This document shows, piece after piece, positions 37,330 to 48,959 of a DNA stretch of 64,000 nucleotides. Position 1 is the first letter of the stretch. Every line of letters starts with the position of its first letter. The position numbers and the translations under genes were made by a program. The notes beneath the pieces were generated by a model. The model worked only from the letters and a program-made list of their open reading frames with translations. It ran no database searches and was not told where the DNA came from. Source of the stretch: Chiloscyllium plagiosum (lineage: Eukaryota). Location of the stretch: contig NC_057755.1 in the NCBI RefSeq assembly GCF_004010195.1, positions 1,043,306 through 1,107,305 on the forward strand, given 5' to 3'.

Positions 37330-38188
37330 TTAAGTTCCTGGTGATTTTGGTCCTCCACATGCAAGGTGCGATCTCTAACTGGACAACGCACTGCCCAGTG
37401 GCTGTGGCAACGTCGGATCTACTGTTCATTTTCACGAAGAACATATTGTGGCAACTCGAATTCTTTTAATTCCCAAGGTGTTTCCTGGACCTTACCCCTG
37501 TGTACAGTTCTGTCTTTGTCCTGGTCAGTCAACCACAGACTGTTCCACCTGATTCACTGTCCTTTTCTACATTGATCGTTTTGTGGCCAATTGCTGCCTG
37601 AAAATGAAGAGAAAATATTGGACAGAAAAAACCTTCACTGTGACTCTCGTGACAACTGGAATTCTGCTCTGTTCAAAAAATACTCGCTTCCATTTTTGGT
37701 GTAAACCTATGAAGATAATTGACAATGTTCCCTGGTTGTGCCGAACAATGTCAAGTTATTTTACTGATCCCAGATGGCTGGGATTTACGTGTTTTAATAT
37801 CATTTTAACCACATTCATCCCATTCGTGTTAATTCTGTTGATGAATAAACTGAAGGTCAGGTACATTTTAGTGACGAGTCTAGTCCTCAAGGGCCTAAGG
37901 GGTCAGAGGAACGGATGGAGTCGCAAAGACACAGAGATTGAGTGCCGGAGGACGTCAGTGATTTACCTCCTCACTATACCCATCAGATTCATACTTGTGT
38001 GGTTAGTATATGGTGGAGGTATCTTATACTTTGGCATCAAAGGAACGAATGTAGTAAAGTACAAATATCTAGTTGATTTTAAGTCTATCGGAGAAATGCT
38101 GAAGGATTTCAGCCGCAGCACGAACATATTATTTTATGCAGTGACTCGGCCCAAGTTCAGAGCGAAGTTCAGGAATGTGGTCACGTAA
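37330..38188 (+). pseudogene. GPR139-like GPCR pseudogene copy C (divergent subtype)
   Basis: Acceptor mutated (ctttcaa instead of ctttcag); frameshifts and a stop in TM1-TM3; the 3' frame 37583-38188 still reads FTDPRWLGF, PFVLILLMN and STNILFYAVTRPKFR; no exon 1 found upstream. Confidence 0.9.
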
Positions 38189-38928
38189 ATTCTTCACTTA
38201 ATGACTCAGCAAAACAATTGAGAGAGCTCCAGAGGCAGCAGCAGTATTCCCAGTGCAGGAATTGCAAACGCACGGCCAGGATTCCATCAGCACAATCACA
38301 TGGATCTGAGTATAACACCCAGTGGTGAATGGGAAGGAGGGGTAACAGGATGGATCACCACTCAACGCGCTCACGAACACGCTGCTATCCATGATTGACT
38401 GACAGATTGTCACATACGGGGACACACAGGCCATGAGCAGCAGGCGGCCATTCAGCCCTTCGAGTCTGGTCCTACTGACATACCAGAAGATCGCGGCTCC
38501 TTGAGTACCATTCACATACACCCCACGCACCCACCACCAAAAACCTGAAAAAGAATGTAACCACCTCCGCCTTCAACAATACTGAAAGATGTAACAAAGG
38601 GACATCAGGTCAGGGAGCAAGAGGGACTGCCAGTGGCAGAGCAGGATGGAACGGGGCTGCAGGCGTGATTAGAAATGTCGGACTGGCTGTGAGTGATGGG
38701 TTTCGCTGGAACATTGGGTCTTCATGGACTGCCCTGTGGATGAGTGTTAAAGACTGGAAAGATAGGTCTCCACATTTCCCCTGCAGAGGAGGAGGAGGAG
38801 ATCAGAAACTGTCCCTCCTGCACCATGATGTTTGTCAGACTCTCTCTGTTCAGCTCACAATAATCACTTCATTCCAACAAGAGAAAGCTTGTGATCCCCT
38901 CACCTGAATTGGTTATTATTTTATTCAG

Positions 38929-39235
38929 AGAGAAAGTGAAGACTGCAGATGCTGGAGATCAGAGCTGAAAATGTGTTGCTGGAAAAGCGCAACAGGTCAG
39001 GCAGCATTCAATGAGCTGGAGAATCGACGTTTCGGGCATGAGCCCTTCTTCAGGGATGAGGAAAATGTGCCAAGCAGGCTAAGATAAAAGGTCGGGAGGA
39101 GGGACTTGGGGGAGGGGCGTTGGAAATGCGATAGGTGGAAGGAGGTTAAGGTGGGGGTGGGGGCGGAGAGGTCAGGAAGAAGATTGCAGGTTATGAAGAT
39201 GGTGCTGAGTTCGAGGGTTGGGACTGAGACAAGGT
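38929..39235 (-). mobile_element. Penelope-like element terminal repeat plus adjacent body
   Basis: Same family head as 32808; not folded back, continues into a purine-rich (+ strand) body; contains the best hammerhead core. Confidence 0.75.
39020..39058 (-). ncRNA. Minimal type I hammerhead ribozyme, core intact
   Basis: Minus strand CUGAAGA-A-GGGC-UCAU-GCCC-GAAA-CGUC with a perfect stem II, palindromic ACGU stem III and GUC site (C at 39026); stem I pairing is weak. Confidence 0.7.
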
Positions 39236-39289
39236 ATGATTTCAGTTTTTTTTATGTGTGAGGATCTGGGTGTGATTCTGGGTCGATGT

Positions 39290-39725
39290 GTAAATGTGTT
39301 CCTGTTTTGGAGGATGACTGTTTATTTTTATGTGTGTGTGTGTTCCTGGTCTGTATGTCCATCGGTTCCACTATCTCTGTATAACTGTATTTGTTTGTGT
39401 GAGAGTGAAGATGTGGGTGTGTTAATGTGCCTGTGTGTCAGTGTTTTCGCATTCTGCAGTATGATTGTACTCCTCTGTGCGTCTGTGGGAGTGTGGATGT
39501 GTGCTGTGTTAGTGTGTTCTCATATCTGTCTGTATGAGTGTGTGTGTGTATACGTGTGTGTGTCTGTGTGTCTGTGTCTGTGTCTGTGTGCGTGTGTGCA
39601 AGTGGGGGAGGCGGGTATTGGTGCCTTCCTCTTTCATGTTATATTCCTGTGTCTCAGTTTTAGTGCATTTCTCTGTGTGGCTGTGTTTCTGTATCCTTCA
39701 GGGTGTGGCTATGTCTCTGTCTGAT
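39290..39725. repeat. GT-rich low-complexity tract
   Basis: Degenerate (GT)n and (GTGTCT)n. Confidence 0.85.
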
Positions 39726-39929
39726 AATTACACTTCCTTTACTGAAAATAGCTGAGTGAACCCGATAGCATTTCACGGTGCACAGATTGCCTTTAATAGA
39801 GTATTTCTGAGAAGCTGGAAAAGATCAAAATATCAGTATATCTATCCCAGAAATCCTGAAAGTTGAACTGTTACCTCGGTTCAACGACCCAAGAAACACG
39901 TCAAGGAAACATTGAATGAAAATCAGGCC

Positions 39930-40145
39930 CCTAGGAAACTCAGAGGAACGGAGGGATCTTGGGATGCTTGTCCACAAATCCCTGAAGGTGGCATGACAAG
40001 TTACTAGATTAGTTCAAAAGGAACATGGTACGCATACTTATATCAGTCGTGGTGCTGATTGTAGGAGGTCATGCTGAAAATTTCCAGGACTTTGGTGAGG
40101 AGACAGCTGGGGTACTATGTGCAGTTCTGGTCAACACATGATGGG
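39930..40145 (+). mobile_element. Short decayed CR1 ORF2 fragment
   Basis: RDLG...SLKV and RTLVR..L.YYVQFW-like sequence. Confidence 0.7.
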
Positions 40146-40249
40146 AATGTATACACTCACATAGGCACATCAAATCTCAGAATGCTGCTGAGACGTGGGA
40201 ACAGTGGCAGAGTTTAATGTGGGAAGCAGGTGAATGTCGTATTTTTGTA

Positions 40250-42225
40250 AAATTCCCCTGGACCACCTCCAAAGCCAGCACATACTTCCTTCGATATAGG
40301 GTACGAAACTGTTCACAATCTCCCAAACAAGGTCAGACCAGAGCCTTATACTGCCTCAGCAGTGAGTTTCTACTCTGGTATTCTAGCTATCTTTAAATGA
40401 ATGCAAACATTGTGCTTTCAGCCTATTATGAAGTTGTATAGAGTACTCGTAAAGTGGAAGAAGGAAGCTAGAATTTGTTTTTAAAAATAGCAGGAGGAAA
40501 GAGTGTGCAGTCATGTTAAGAGGTAACGAGTTTTTTCTAAGCTTATATATTTATCCAGAAAAATGTCTCTGTAAGCAGCTGCAGATTATAGACAGTTTTG
40601 ACATTGAAACATATATCAATTGTCTGTCACTGGAACTTTAGGCTTGTCTTGAAACTCAAGCAATCAGCATGAATAGTAATTTAAAGCAGGTCCGAGATAC
40701 CAAACCCCAATTAAATTTAAATCTGATGGATTAACTACCTCAAACCAATCCAATTGTAAAAAAAAAATTGAATAGGTTATCAAAGATATAAGAGAAGAGG
40801 GCATTTGAAACATTTGAGATAGCCAACTGCCATCTGAAGAGGTAAGAAGTTTCAGCGCTCAGAGAAAGCACCAACAATCCATAAAAGTACCATGGCATGT
40901 TTAGTTTATATTCCAGAGAGCAGAAATTGCAAACAAAACATCCCTGAGAGCACGATCAGCGGAAAAAAAAGCATTTGTGACTTGAGATCAGAAGAGATAC
41001 TGAGAGACAGTGGAGAAGGCAGAACATTCCTAAAGACACATTCTGTGTGTATTTTGCGAGTCTAAGTTTAATTTTTTTTATGACCTAGATTTAGACAGAT
41101 AGGACTTGTATTTATTGGAACAGCATACCAGTAGAATTTCATTAGTTCAGGAATATTTAGGAGTTAGGGGGTATTATTTGGTTTGTTTTTAAGTCTGTTA
41201 ATTTGTTCATTGTCAGTATTAAGTAAATAAATTGTTACTTTTTATTTATAAAATAACTGTAAGGAGGTTTTTAACCACACTTTTAACAGGTTACGAGAGG
41301 CAAGGTGAGCTTCTCTGGAGAATTTATATATAATTTCGGGAAGAAATCTTTACTTCCATCAAAGCAGATTGGGAATTGTGGTTTAGTTTTTTATCACAGG
41401 GGGTGATCGACCTGTTCCCCTTTGTAACACTACCTAACTGCCAGCTGAACGTGCACATTAACCTGAAGAGAATCCTACTCAAGTAGTCCTAAGTCGCTTG
41501 CGTGCTTCAGGTTTCGAAAGACTTTGCATTACAAGAAAATAGTCTGCATCTCTTCTTCTGACCCACGTTCATAAACTCTCAGTTCCAACATTGTCTTCCA
41601 TTTCCCAGTTGTTTGCCCACTTCCCTCGTCTGTCCGAATGCTTTTTCGGCTGCTGTGCTACCTCAACACTACCTGTTACTCCACCAATCTTTGCATCATG
41701 TGCACACTTTGCAAAAATGACCTTCATCTTCCAGATGATTAATGTGTAGCATGAATATTTGTGGTCCTAAACCATTCTCTGCGGAACTCCACGAGCAGCC
41801 AGTTGCCAAACTGAAATAGACCCTTTTCTTGCCTTCTGCCAGTCAGCCAACCTCTGTCCATTATAGTACCTTCCTGTTAATACAAAAGGCTTTTATCTGA
41901 TTTAGCAGCCTCCTGTAAGGGCCTCCTTGATTGCCTGTGTCTTACGATTTCTCTGTTTTGTGCACGATTACTACAAGTCGCTTGTGATGCAGCTTTCTTC
42001 AGCTTTTCCCTGTTTAAATAATACTCTGCTCTTTTATCCTATCTTCCAAAATGAATAACTTCATGTTTTCCCAAGTTAAATTGACAATGTTTTGCTCACT
42101 TACTTAACCAATCAAATTCTCTCTGTAAACTGTCTGTATCCTTCTCCCAACTTGCCATCCCACCTATTTTTGTCCCATCTGCATAATCTGGCTACAGTAC
42201 GTTCGCTTCATTAATCAGTCATTCA
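40250..42225 (-). mobile_element. Decayed antisense CR1 fragments, split by a ~1-kb insertion at about 40425-41429
   Basis: Reverse-complement CR1 RT and C-terminal sequence at 40250-40415, resuming at 41430-41920; further piece at 42010-42225. Confidence 0.65.
40425..41429 (+). mobile_element. Probable solo LTR (about 1 kb)
   Basis: Interrupts a CR1; TATA-like gatataag at about 40785, AATAAA at 41226-41231, ends TGTAACA; 5' TG and TSD not resolved. Confidence 0.45.
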
Positions 42226-45151
42226 AATGCACATTTTTGCACGTTTCATACAGTATATATAATATATACAACTCATTCTTGTTTCGACCTGTTTGTGTAT
42301 AAATATTGTTTTGCATCGGAACTGATCCTGTTTACATGTAAATATTCATTTGCATTGGAACCATTTATGTTTATTAATACATATTGATTTGTACAGGAAC
42401 TCTTTATTTATAAATATAAATATTGTTGTATTTGTGAACTGTTCGTATTTATATTTAAATCCTGTTTTGTTTTCGAGCTGTTCACGCTCTTTCATAAACA
42501 TTTTTGTGTCTTGGAACCTTTACAGATGATATGCAAACATTGCCATGCACTGCAGCTGTACAAGTTAATAGATGAAATATCACGCTTTGCAAGTGTTTAT
42601 GTGTGCATAGGTATTGTCATGTATTGGAACTGTTCGTGTTTATGTGTACTGTTCTGTAATGGAACTGTTCATGTTTGTGAATAAATATTGTTGTGTATTG
42701 GAGCTGTTCCTTTTGTCTATAAATATCAGTGTATGTTGAGGCTGTGCCTGTCTCCGAACTCATCAGCAACACTGTCACTGACAATGCAGTGTGAATGCTG
42801 AGTTCCTCCTGTGCTTTGGAATGGATCTGCAGTCCCATTGTCTGCTGGAGGGGCAGCTGCACAGAGCAGCATCCGTCACATTTTAGCGGTTATGGGAAAT
42901 AAATAGGCAGGGACATCTGATTTCTCATTATGTTCGGGGAACAATAACTGAAGAGCCCCGGGGAAGAGAGAGAGTTAAATAGAGATAGAGTAGGCGTTAA
43001 AGATTGTAATAGACAGAGTAGTCAGTTCTTTTGTCTTCTGCTGCACTGCTTCGATGCAAAGTGTACCCTTCTTCAGATGAGATGACCAAAACTGGACCTC
43101 CTGCCCCAGGAGTGGGTATGTCCAATCTCCACAGAATTGCAGACCTGCGCCATTCCCTCCTGAGCTCAAGTCAATGATCTCCAAAGTAGCATTTGCCTGT
43201 CCCATCTCCTGCTGAACCTTCATGTTGGATTCCCGTGACTCAGGAACAAGGACAGAGAGAGCCACTTTGGTGTTCAAAACTTCTCAATCCCTATAATGCA
43301 TCAAAAATTCTTTCAGTTTATTTCTCCTCTAACAAAATCGCTAACATCTCATTTATTTATGTTTCATCTGTCATGTTATTGCTCAGACACTCCATACTCT
43401 CCACACTCAGAAAACAACTATGCACACCACAATGCAATCATCGATCTCTGCAATATTACATCTGCAGTGATCTACAGTAAGCAGGTTAGCAGATTGAATC
43501 TGACCCAATCATGGAGCATTGTTTGAAATATAAAGACGAATTTCTGGAATATTGAGATGCTGAATACCTGAATCAATGAGAGACTGCTGTCAAAGGCAAT
43601 GAATTTGTAAATAAAGGGTGATTAATGACAGGATGCCGGCCTCTGAAGAGTGATTTCGCAAAGAGACATTGTTGGTTTAAATATGCACTAGGACTACGGG
43701 CTCTTCACTTCCAAACTTTCCCATTCCTGCTCCTACCCAACCCCAGAAAATTCCACACCCCAAGTTATGCTGAAATTATTCTGTGACATTCTCATCACTC
43801 GGCATTGTTGAGAAAATGTACAATCCTGGATTCTGAACTGAAATGAAAGAACAATGCCTCCCATTTCTCTACATTATATTGGTCAGACTATTTTCTGCTC
43901 ACTCACTCACTGAGACTACCTTTCCCCTGTTCTGCGTTCCTATGTACTCCTTGCCTTTTACAGTCCCAAATAACATTATGCTATCAACAAATGTCACACA
44001 TGATTCCATCCTCTCAGCCATCAATAGTGATTATAAACGGCTGTGTCAGGACAAATGATCCTTTTTCCATTCACTAATACCAGCGCGACAACATGAAGAT
44101 GACACATTATTCTTGATCTCTGGTTTCTGTCTATTATCAGTCCTCACACCAAGTCCCATTTCCCTATCACGACAGGTCTCAAGGACAACAATCACACCTG
44201 CTCAGATATTGCCAAACGTTGACATTTCTGCATCTTTGTGTATGCAAATCCCTCATTGATCTCACTCCACCATCTCGCTTGAAGCTGTTCCATTCCATGA
44301 TCAGTCAGATCTTTTAGGTTTCTTCTCTGTATATGTGCAGTACAATGTAGTGAACAGAGAATACCACATCCCCATACACTGCTGCACAGATCGTGTGTGT
44401 CTAAGAGACAGCTCTGAAACATGTCCAGGGCACTGTTATCCTGGGAGGAGGATCTGTATTGATCGGAACTTATGTAACCTCCGAGGTGACTTTTTTTACC
44501 TGTTTCAATTTTTGCCTGAATTGGAGAAGTTTTATTTGATTCAGAAGCTATATCAGCACAGAGTGAGGAATTCAATCGTGATGTGGGATTTATTAAAACC
44601 TACAATATGTCGTTGATATTAACTAACTATCATCCCGTCAGAGAACAGGCGCTGATAACCAGGGAAGACACAAACCAGTGTTGAGGAGAACATTTCTCAC
44701 AGACATATTCAACAACTGGAATTTCAATTCCAAATGATCAAAGTCAGGAGAAGGACGACCCTGTATTTAATTGAGATTTCATCGTTGGTTAGATGGTGTT
44801 GGGTTTACAAAGCTGGTACACAGGAGGGCACAGTAGTTCAGTGATTAGCCCTGCTGCCTCACAGAGCCAGCAGGTTGTTCTGGGTGGGATACTCTTTGAG
44901 GATCGGTGTGTACTCGATGGGCTGAATGGCCTGATTCCACATTGTAAAGATTCTATTATTTTATTCAACGTGCATTTTCCAATGTTTGCTATTGACCGAT
45001 TGAGATTTGTATCATCCAATAAATGTCAGTTCTAATAATACACTATGACAACTGGGAGTTTAGTCACTACTGTCACCTGTTTGTTCAAATTCTTAAATAA
45101 TTGAATTGAACCACATTGTAATGTAACATTCTCCCAGGCAACGTCAGCAGG

Positions 45152-45158
45152 TATAAAT
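45152..45158 (+). promoter_or_regulatory. Candidate TATA box of GPCR copy D
   Basis: TATAAAT at the same spacing from the ATG as in copy B. Confidence 0.5.
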
Positions 45159-45232
45159 GAAAGGCTTTGAGATTGTGTCACCTCGGTATTGAGTACAGAA
45201 AGATCACCTGCACAGAAGTATTCAGGCAGAAA

Positions 45233-45299
45233 ATGCCGTTCTCATTTGGCCATTTGCGGGCAATATTTTACACGACCATTCCGTTTGTAACAAGTCCTG
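45233..45299 (+). pseudogene. GPCR copy D exon 1 (MPFSFGHLRAIFYTTIPFVTSP plus G), itself intact
   Basis: 67 nt, donor G|GTAAGT at 45300; the partner exon 2 is disabled. Confidence 0.8.
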
Positions 45300-46687
45300 G
45301 TAAGTGCCTTGCAACATTGAATTTATGTGAAACTGGCTGAGGATTCTCTGCAGATTCACTCTGTTACTGATAATGATGCATGGGCATATTGTGCCCCAAA
45401 GTCACACAGTGGCAGAAGATCAGTAATTTAGTCTCAGATTACAGACACCCCTTGGAATCCCCATCATCGCAGATTCCGCAGGAACTGTCTGCGAATTTAT
45501 TCATCTCTTCTGGGAAATTCCAGAATCATCTCCATTTCAATTGGAGACTACAGAGAATTTCGATGGAATTGAGAAAATGAATCACTTTGGAAATTATACG
45601 CGGTAGTATTTTTAAGTAGAGAGTACAAAATCATTCAGTTTGTTTGTTTGTTTGTTTCTGTTTTTTGTTTTGAGTGAATAAGCAAGGGGCTTCTCTGATG
45701 ATCTGAAGTTAATAGCTAACTTGAAGTTATTTCTGTAATCACAGAAAGTTGTTTTAAAAATTACGTTTGGGATTTGACTATATGCTGAATGGTTTTGTGC
45801 ATGAGTGAACCTTTGTTACTTTTGATGCTTGCAACCCAGCATGATATTAATGGAGCCTGAAAGGTATGTTGGAGCGTTCTGGAATTTGTGATTATGGAAG
45901 AAAGCCGTAACTGAGGAAGCATAACTTTCACTTCTTTCATTTCATCATTTTCTCTAGTTCCTGTAAGACCCTGATTGGATGTGTAGATCAGCGCTCATGC
46001 GAAGGAAATGAAAGCTTTAGTCAATTCCATTGCCTTGGAATGAAGATCTTGTTTTGGTCCCAGACAGAAGTGTTGACACAAAAAAAAAGTTATGGAGAGA
46101 TTGTTTATAGCTGAGTACGTTGACATTCAGGTATGTGGAAGCTCCAAGAAGAAATTTACTGCAGTTCCAGTTTAGAAGTGGCTGTCACAAGTCATTCAAC
46201 CAAGTGATAGATACAGGGAGTCCGGTGTGAGTATCACGTATGGATTGTTTTATTGGGAACGGCACTGGGATTCGTGTTTTATATGATATATAGATGTTAT
46301 GTCCTTTTATGCCATTTATGCATTGTTTTGAGGTTAAAGGGAATTATACATTTATTCTGTGTTCATTGCCTTTGAATCTGCATTATAAGTACGTAGTTTT
46401 GTTTATTCTATTTTGTCGTCAGTTCTTTTGTGAGAAATTTCTGTTTTGTTGTGGAAGCAATATTTGCAGCATTGTGTGTTTACGATTCAACAAGACATCC
46501 CTTTGTTAAATCAATACAAAAGAGGTTGAAATCCATCAAGCTGGGTTTCTATCGATGATCTGGCTAGTTCTGTAATTAATCAGCTGGTATCAGAACAGAA
46601 GCGAGGCGATTAAATACTTAGACACACTCCTGAGGAACGAATAAACTAATCCCACATTTCAAGTAGGTTGTGCCGCAACTATGAGGC

Positions 46688-46886
46688 AATGAGTCTGCAG
46701 ATACTGAAGATCAGAGTTGAGAGTGTATTGCTGGAAAAGTACAGCAGGTCAGGGAGCATTCGAGGCGCAGGAATATCGACGTTTCAGCCCACAGTCCTCT
46801 TTAAGGGCTCCGGCCCAAAAAGTCGATTTTACTGTTCCTTACATGCTGCCTGACCTTCTGTGCTTTTCTAGCAATGCACTCTCAAC
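46688..46886. mobile_element. Fold-back Penelope-like element (paralog of 12404-12576)
   Basis: Inverted arms about 46716-46780 and 46822-46886; longer centre than in the paralog. Confidence 0.72.
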
Positions 46887-47119
46887 TGTGCCCCAACTAT
46901 ATCCTTCTAGATCCATTATATGCTCTAGATCCTGATCAGACATCCACGCTGAGATGTAATTCCATATTATTACTCACAATTGTACTACTCTCACTCTGAG
47001 CCACAGCCAACGCAAAATAAATTTTCTCACCACCTGCCAGACCTGTAACTCTGGAACTAAATGAGACACTGGGTTGCTCATACATATGCAGTTTAGTGCA
47101 CAGTTCTGGTCATCTCCGA

Positions 47120-47560
47120 GAAGAAAGTGAGTACTGCAGATGCTGGAGTTCAGAGTCGAGAGTGTGTTGCTGGAAAAACATAGTCAGAAACTTTTTCCCC
47201 GGGTACAAGAGAGTGTTACAAGGGGACATAAATTTAAGGTGAAGGGTGGAAGGTATAGGGGAGATGTCAGGGGTGGGTTCTTTACCCAGGGAGTGGTGGG
47301 AGCATGGAATGCGCTGCCTGTGGGAGTGGTAGAGTCAGAATCTTTGGTGACCTTTAAGCGGCAATTGGATAGGTACATGGATGGGTGCTTAAGCTAGGAC
47401 AAATGTTCGGCACAACATCGTGGGCCGAAGGGCCTGTTCTGTGCTGTATTGTTCTATGTTCTATGTTCTATGTTCTATGTCATGTGGCATTCGAAGCAGG
47501 CGATTCAACATTTCGGGCAAAAGGTCTTATTCTCCTGCTCCTCGGATGCAGCCTGACCTT
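47120..47560. mobile_element. Penelope-like element (paralog of 12811-12968) interrupted by a CR1 3' end
   Basis: Head at 47120-47179; remainder at 47479-47560. Confidence 0.7.
47180..47478 (+). mobile_element. Young CR1 3' end with (GTTCTAT)4 tail
   Basis: Highly similar to the reverse complement of 33707-34000; absent from the paralog at about 12870. Confidence 0.93.
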
Positions 47561-48959
47561 TTTGTCATCATCCAGCAGTGAGGACAGAATTGCTGTACTG
47601 AGAGTACAGACGAGATTTACAACAATGGTCTTCCTATGTGGAAATTACTGCAATATTGAGGAAAGATGCATAAGGTAGTATCATTTTCCCTGAACAGAGG
47701 TGCATGAGATTTGACATGATTTGGATGTACAAAATCATCAGGGTGTGAATTGGAAACATGTCTCCCCGAACGCAGAACCATTTACCAGGAGACACAGCCT
47801 GAACAGAATTGATGGAAGGATTATCAAGGACATGAGGTCTACCATTTCATTGAGAATATGATGGTGCAACTGGAATTCACTGTCGAGTTTTAATGGTGGC
47901 TTGAGGTGACCAAACTTAACTAATTAAAATGAAATTTGCAACTGCAAGTAAAGTGTAGAAATCTTCAACGCTGTGTACCAGGTGCTGGAAAGTGAGATCA
48001 GCACAGGTCGTTAGTTTATCAATTGATGCAGACTTGAATGGCCTGTTTCAGTGCATCACTTTCATACATTTTTGTGGGATTTGTAGAAAGACTGAGGAGT
48101 GCTAAAGTGAATTTGCTTGGGGGGTTTGGGGGAAGTTAAATGGCCTGTTTCTGAATTGTCCATTTCAACCACTGGAACACTGTGGATTGTTAAAGTGAAT
48201 TCCAGTGGGCTGTGGCTACTTTCCAGTTGTACGTTATAGAAGTGTTTGTGGGTTCATATTCTTCTAATGTAAAAAGCAACTTGACATGGGGGGAAGAATA
48301 TTAACTGAGGGTCAAACGTAAGAATGTATCAATTCATTACTTTAATATTCATTACATTGTTTAGTTGTTTCATTATAATAGAATGATTTTATAAAAGAAG
48401 TTTATGAAATCTTGTACTATCGATGAACTGCTGAGTACTCGTATTATCAATTTAAACGTTAATTACCCCGACATGATTAGAACATAATAGAGAGTCAGAG
48501 AGAACTGATTTTTATCATACGATATTTTATTATTGGAGCTGCCACATTCAGTAAATGCAGTAGTGAACTGTCTGCTCTGTTTTGCATTGTGTAGTTCATT
48601 CATAAAATATCAATAAGCACATTCCAAAACGTTTTGATTCAGATAATGCAGGGAATGCAGTAAAAAGTTCACATCTCCCTCTTTGCATTTTACATTATTT
48701 GCTGACTGAAACCAAATTAGATCATTTCCGAAACTTGACAATGAATTGTTCACTTTCCAATACAAACTATTAGGGATTCAATGCATTAACAGATCTTCAG
48801 TTTATCATCACAGAGAAGATTCAGATCGTGGTTCGCACCTTTAATGATGAAACAAATCTTTTCAGATCTGTTAGCATTGGCCGTCAAATAATCACATCTT
48901 CTCAAGTGCAACAACTCATGCTTTTGTAATATAGTGCCCAGACGATTCCAGGTAATCCT

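Noticed and set aside
37583..38188. 201-aa ORF as a functional truncated receptor
   Set aside because: GTG start, lacks TM1-TM3, acceptor mutated and exon 1 deleted
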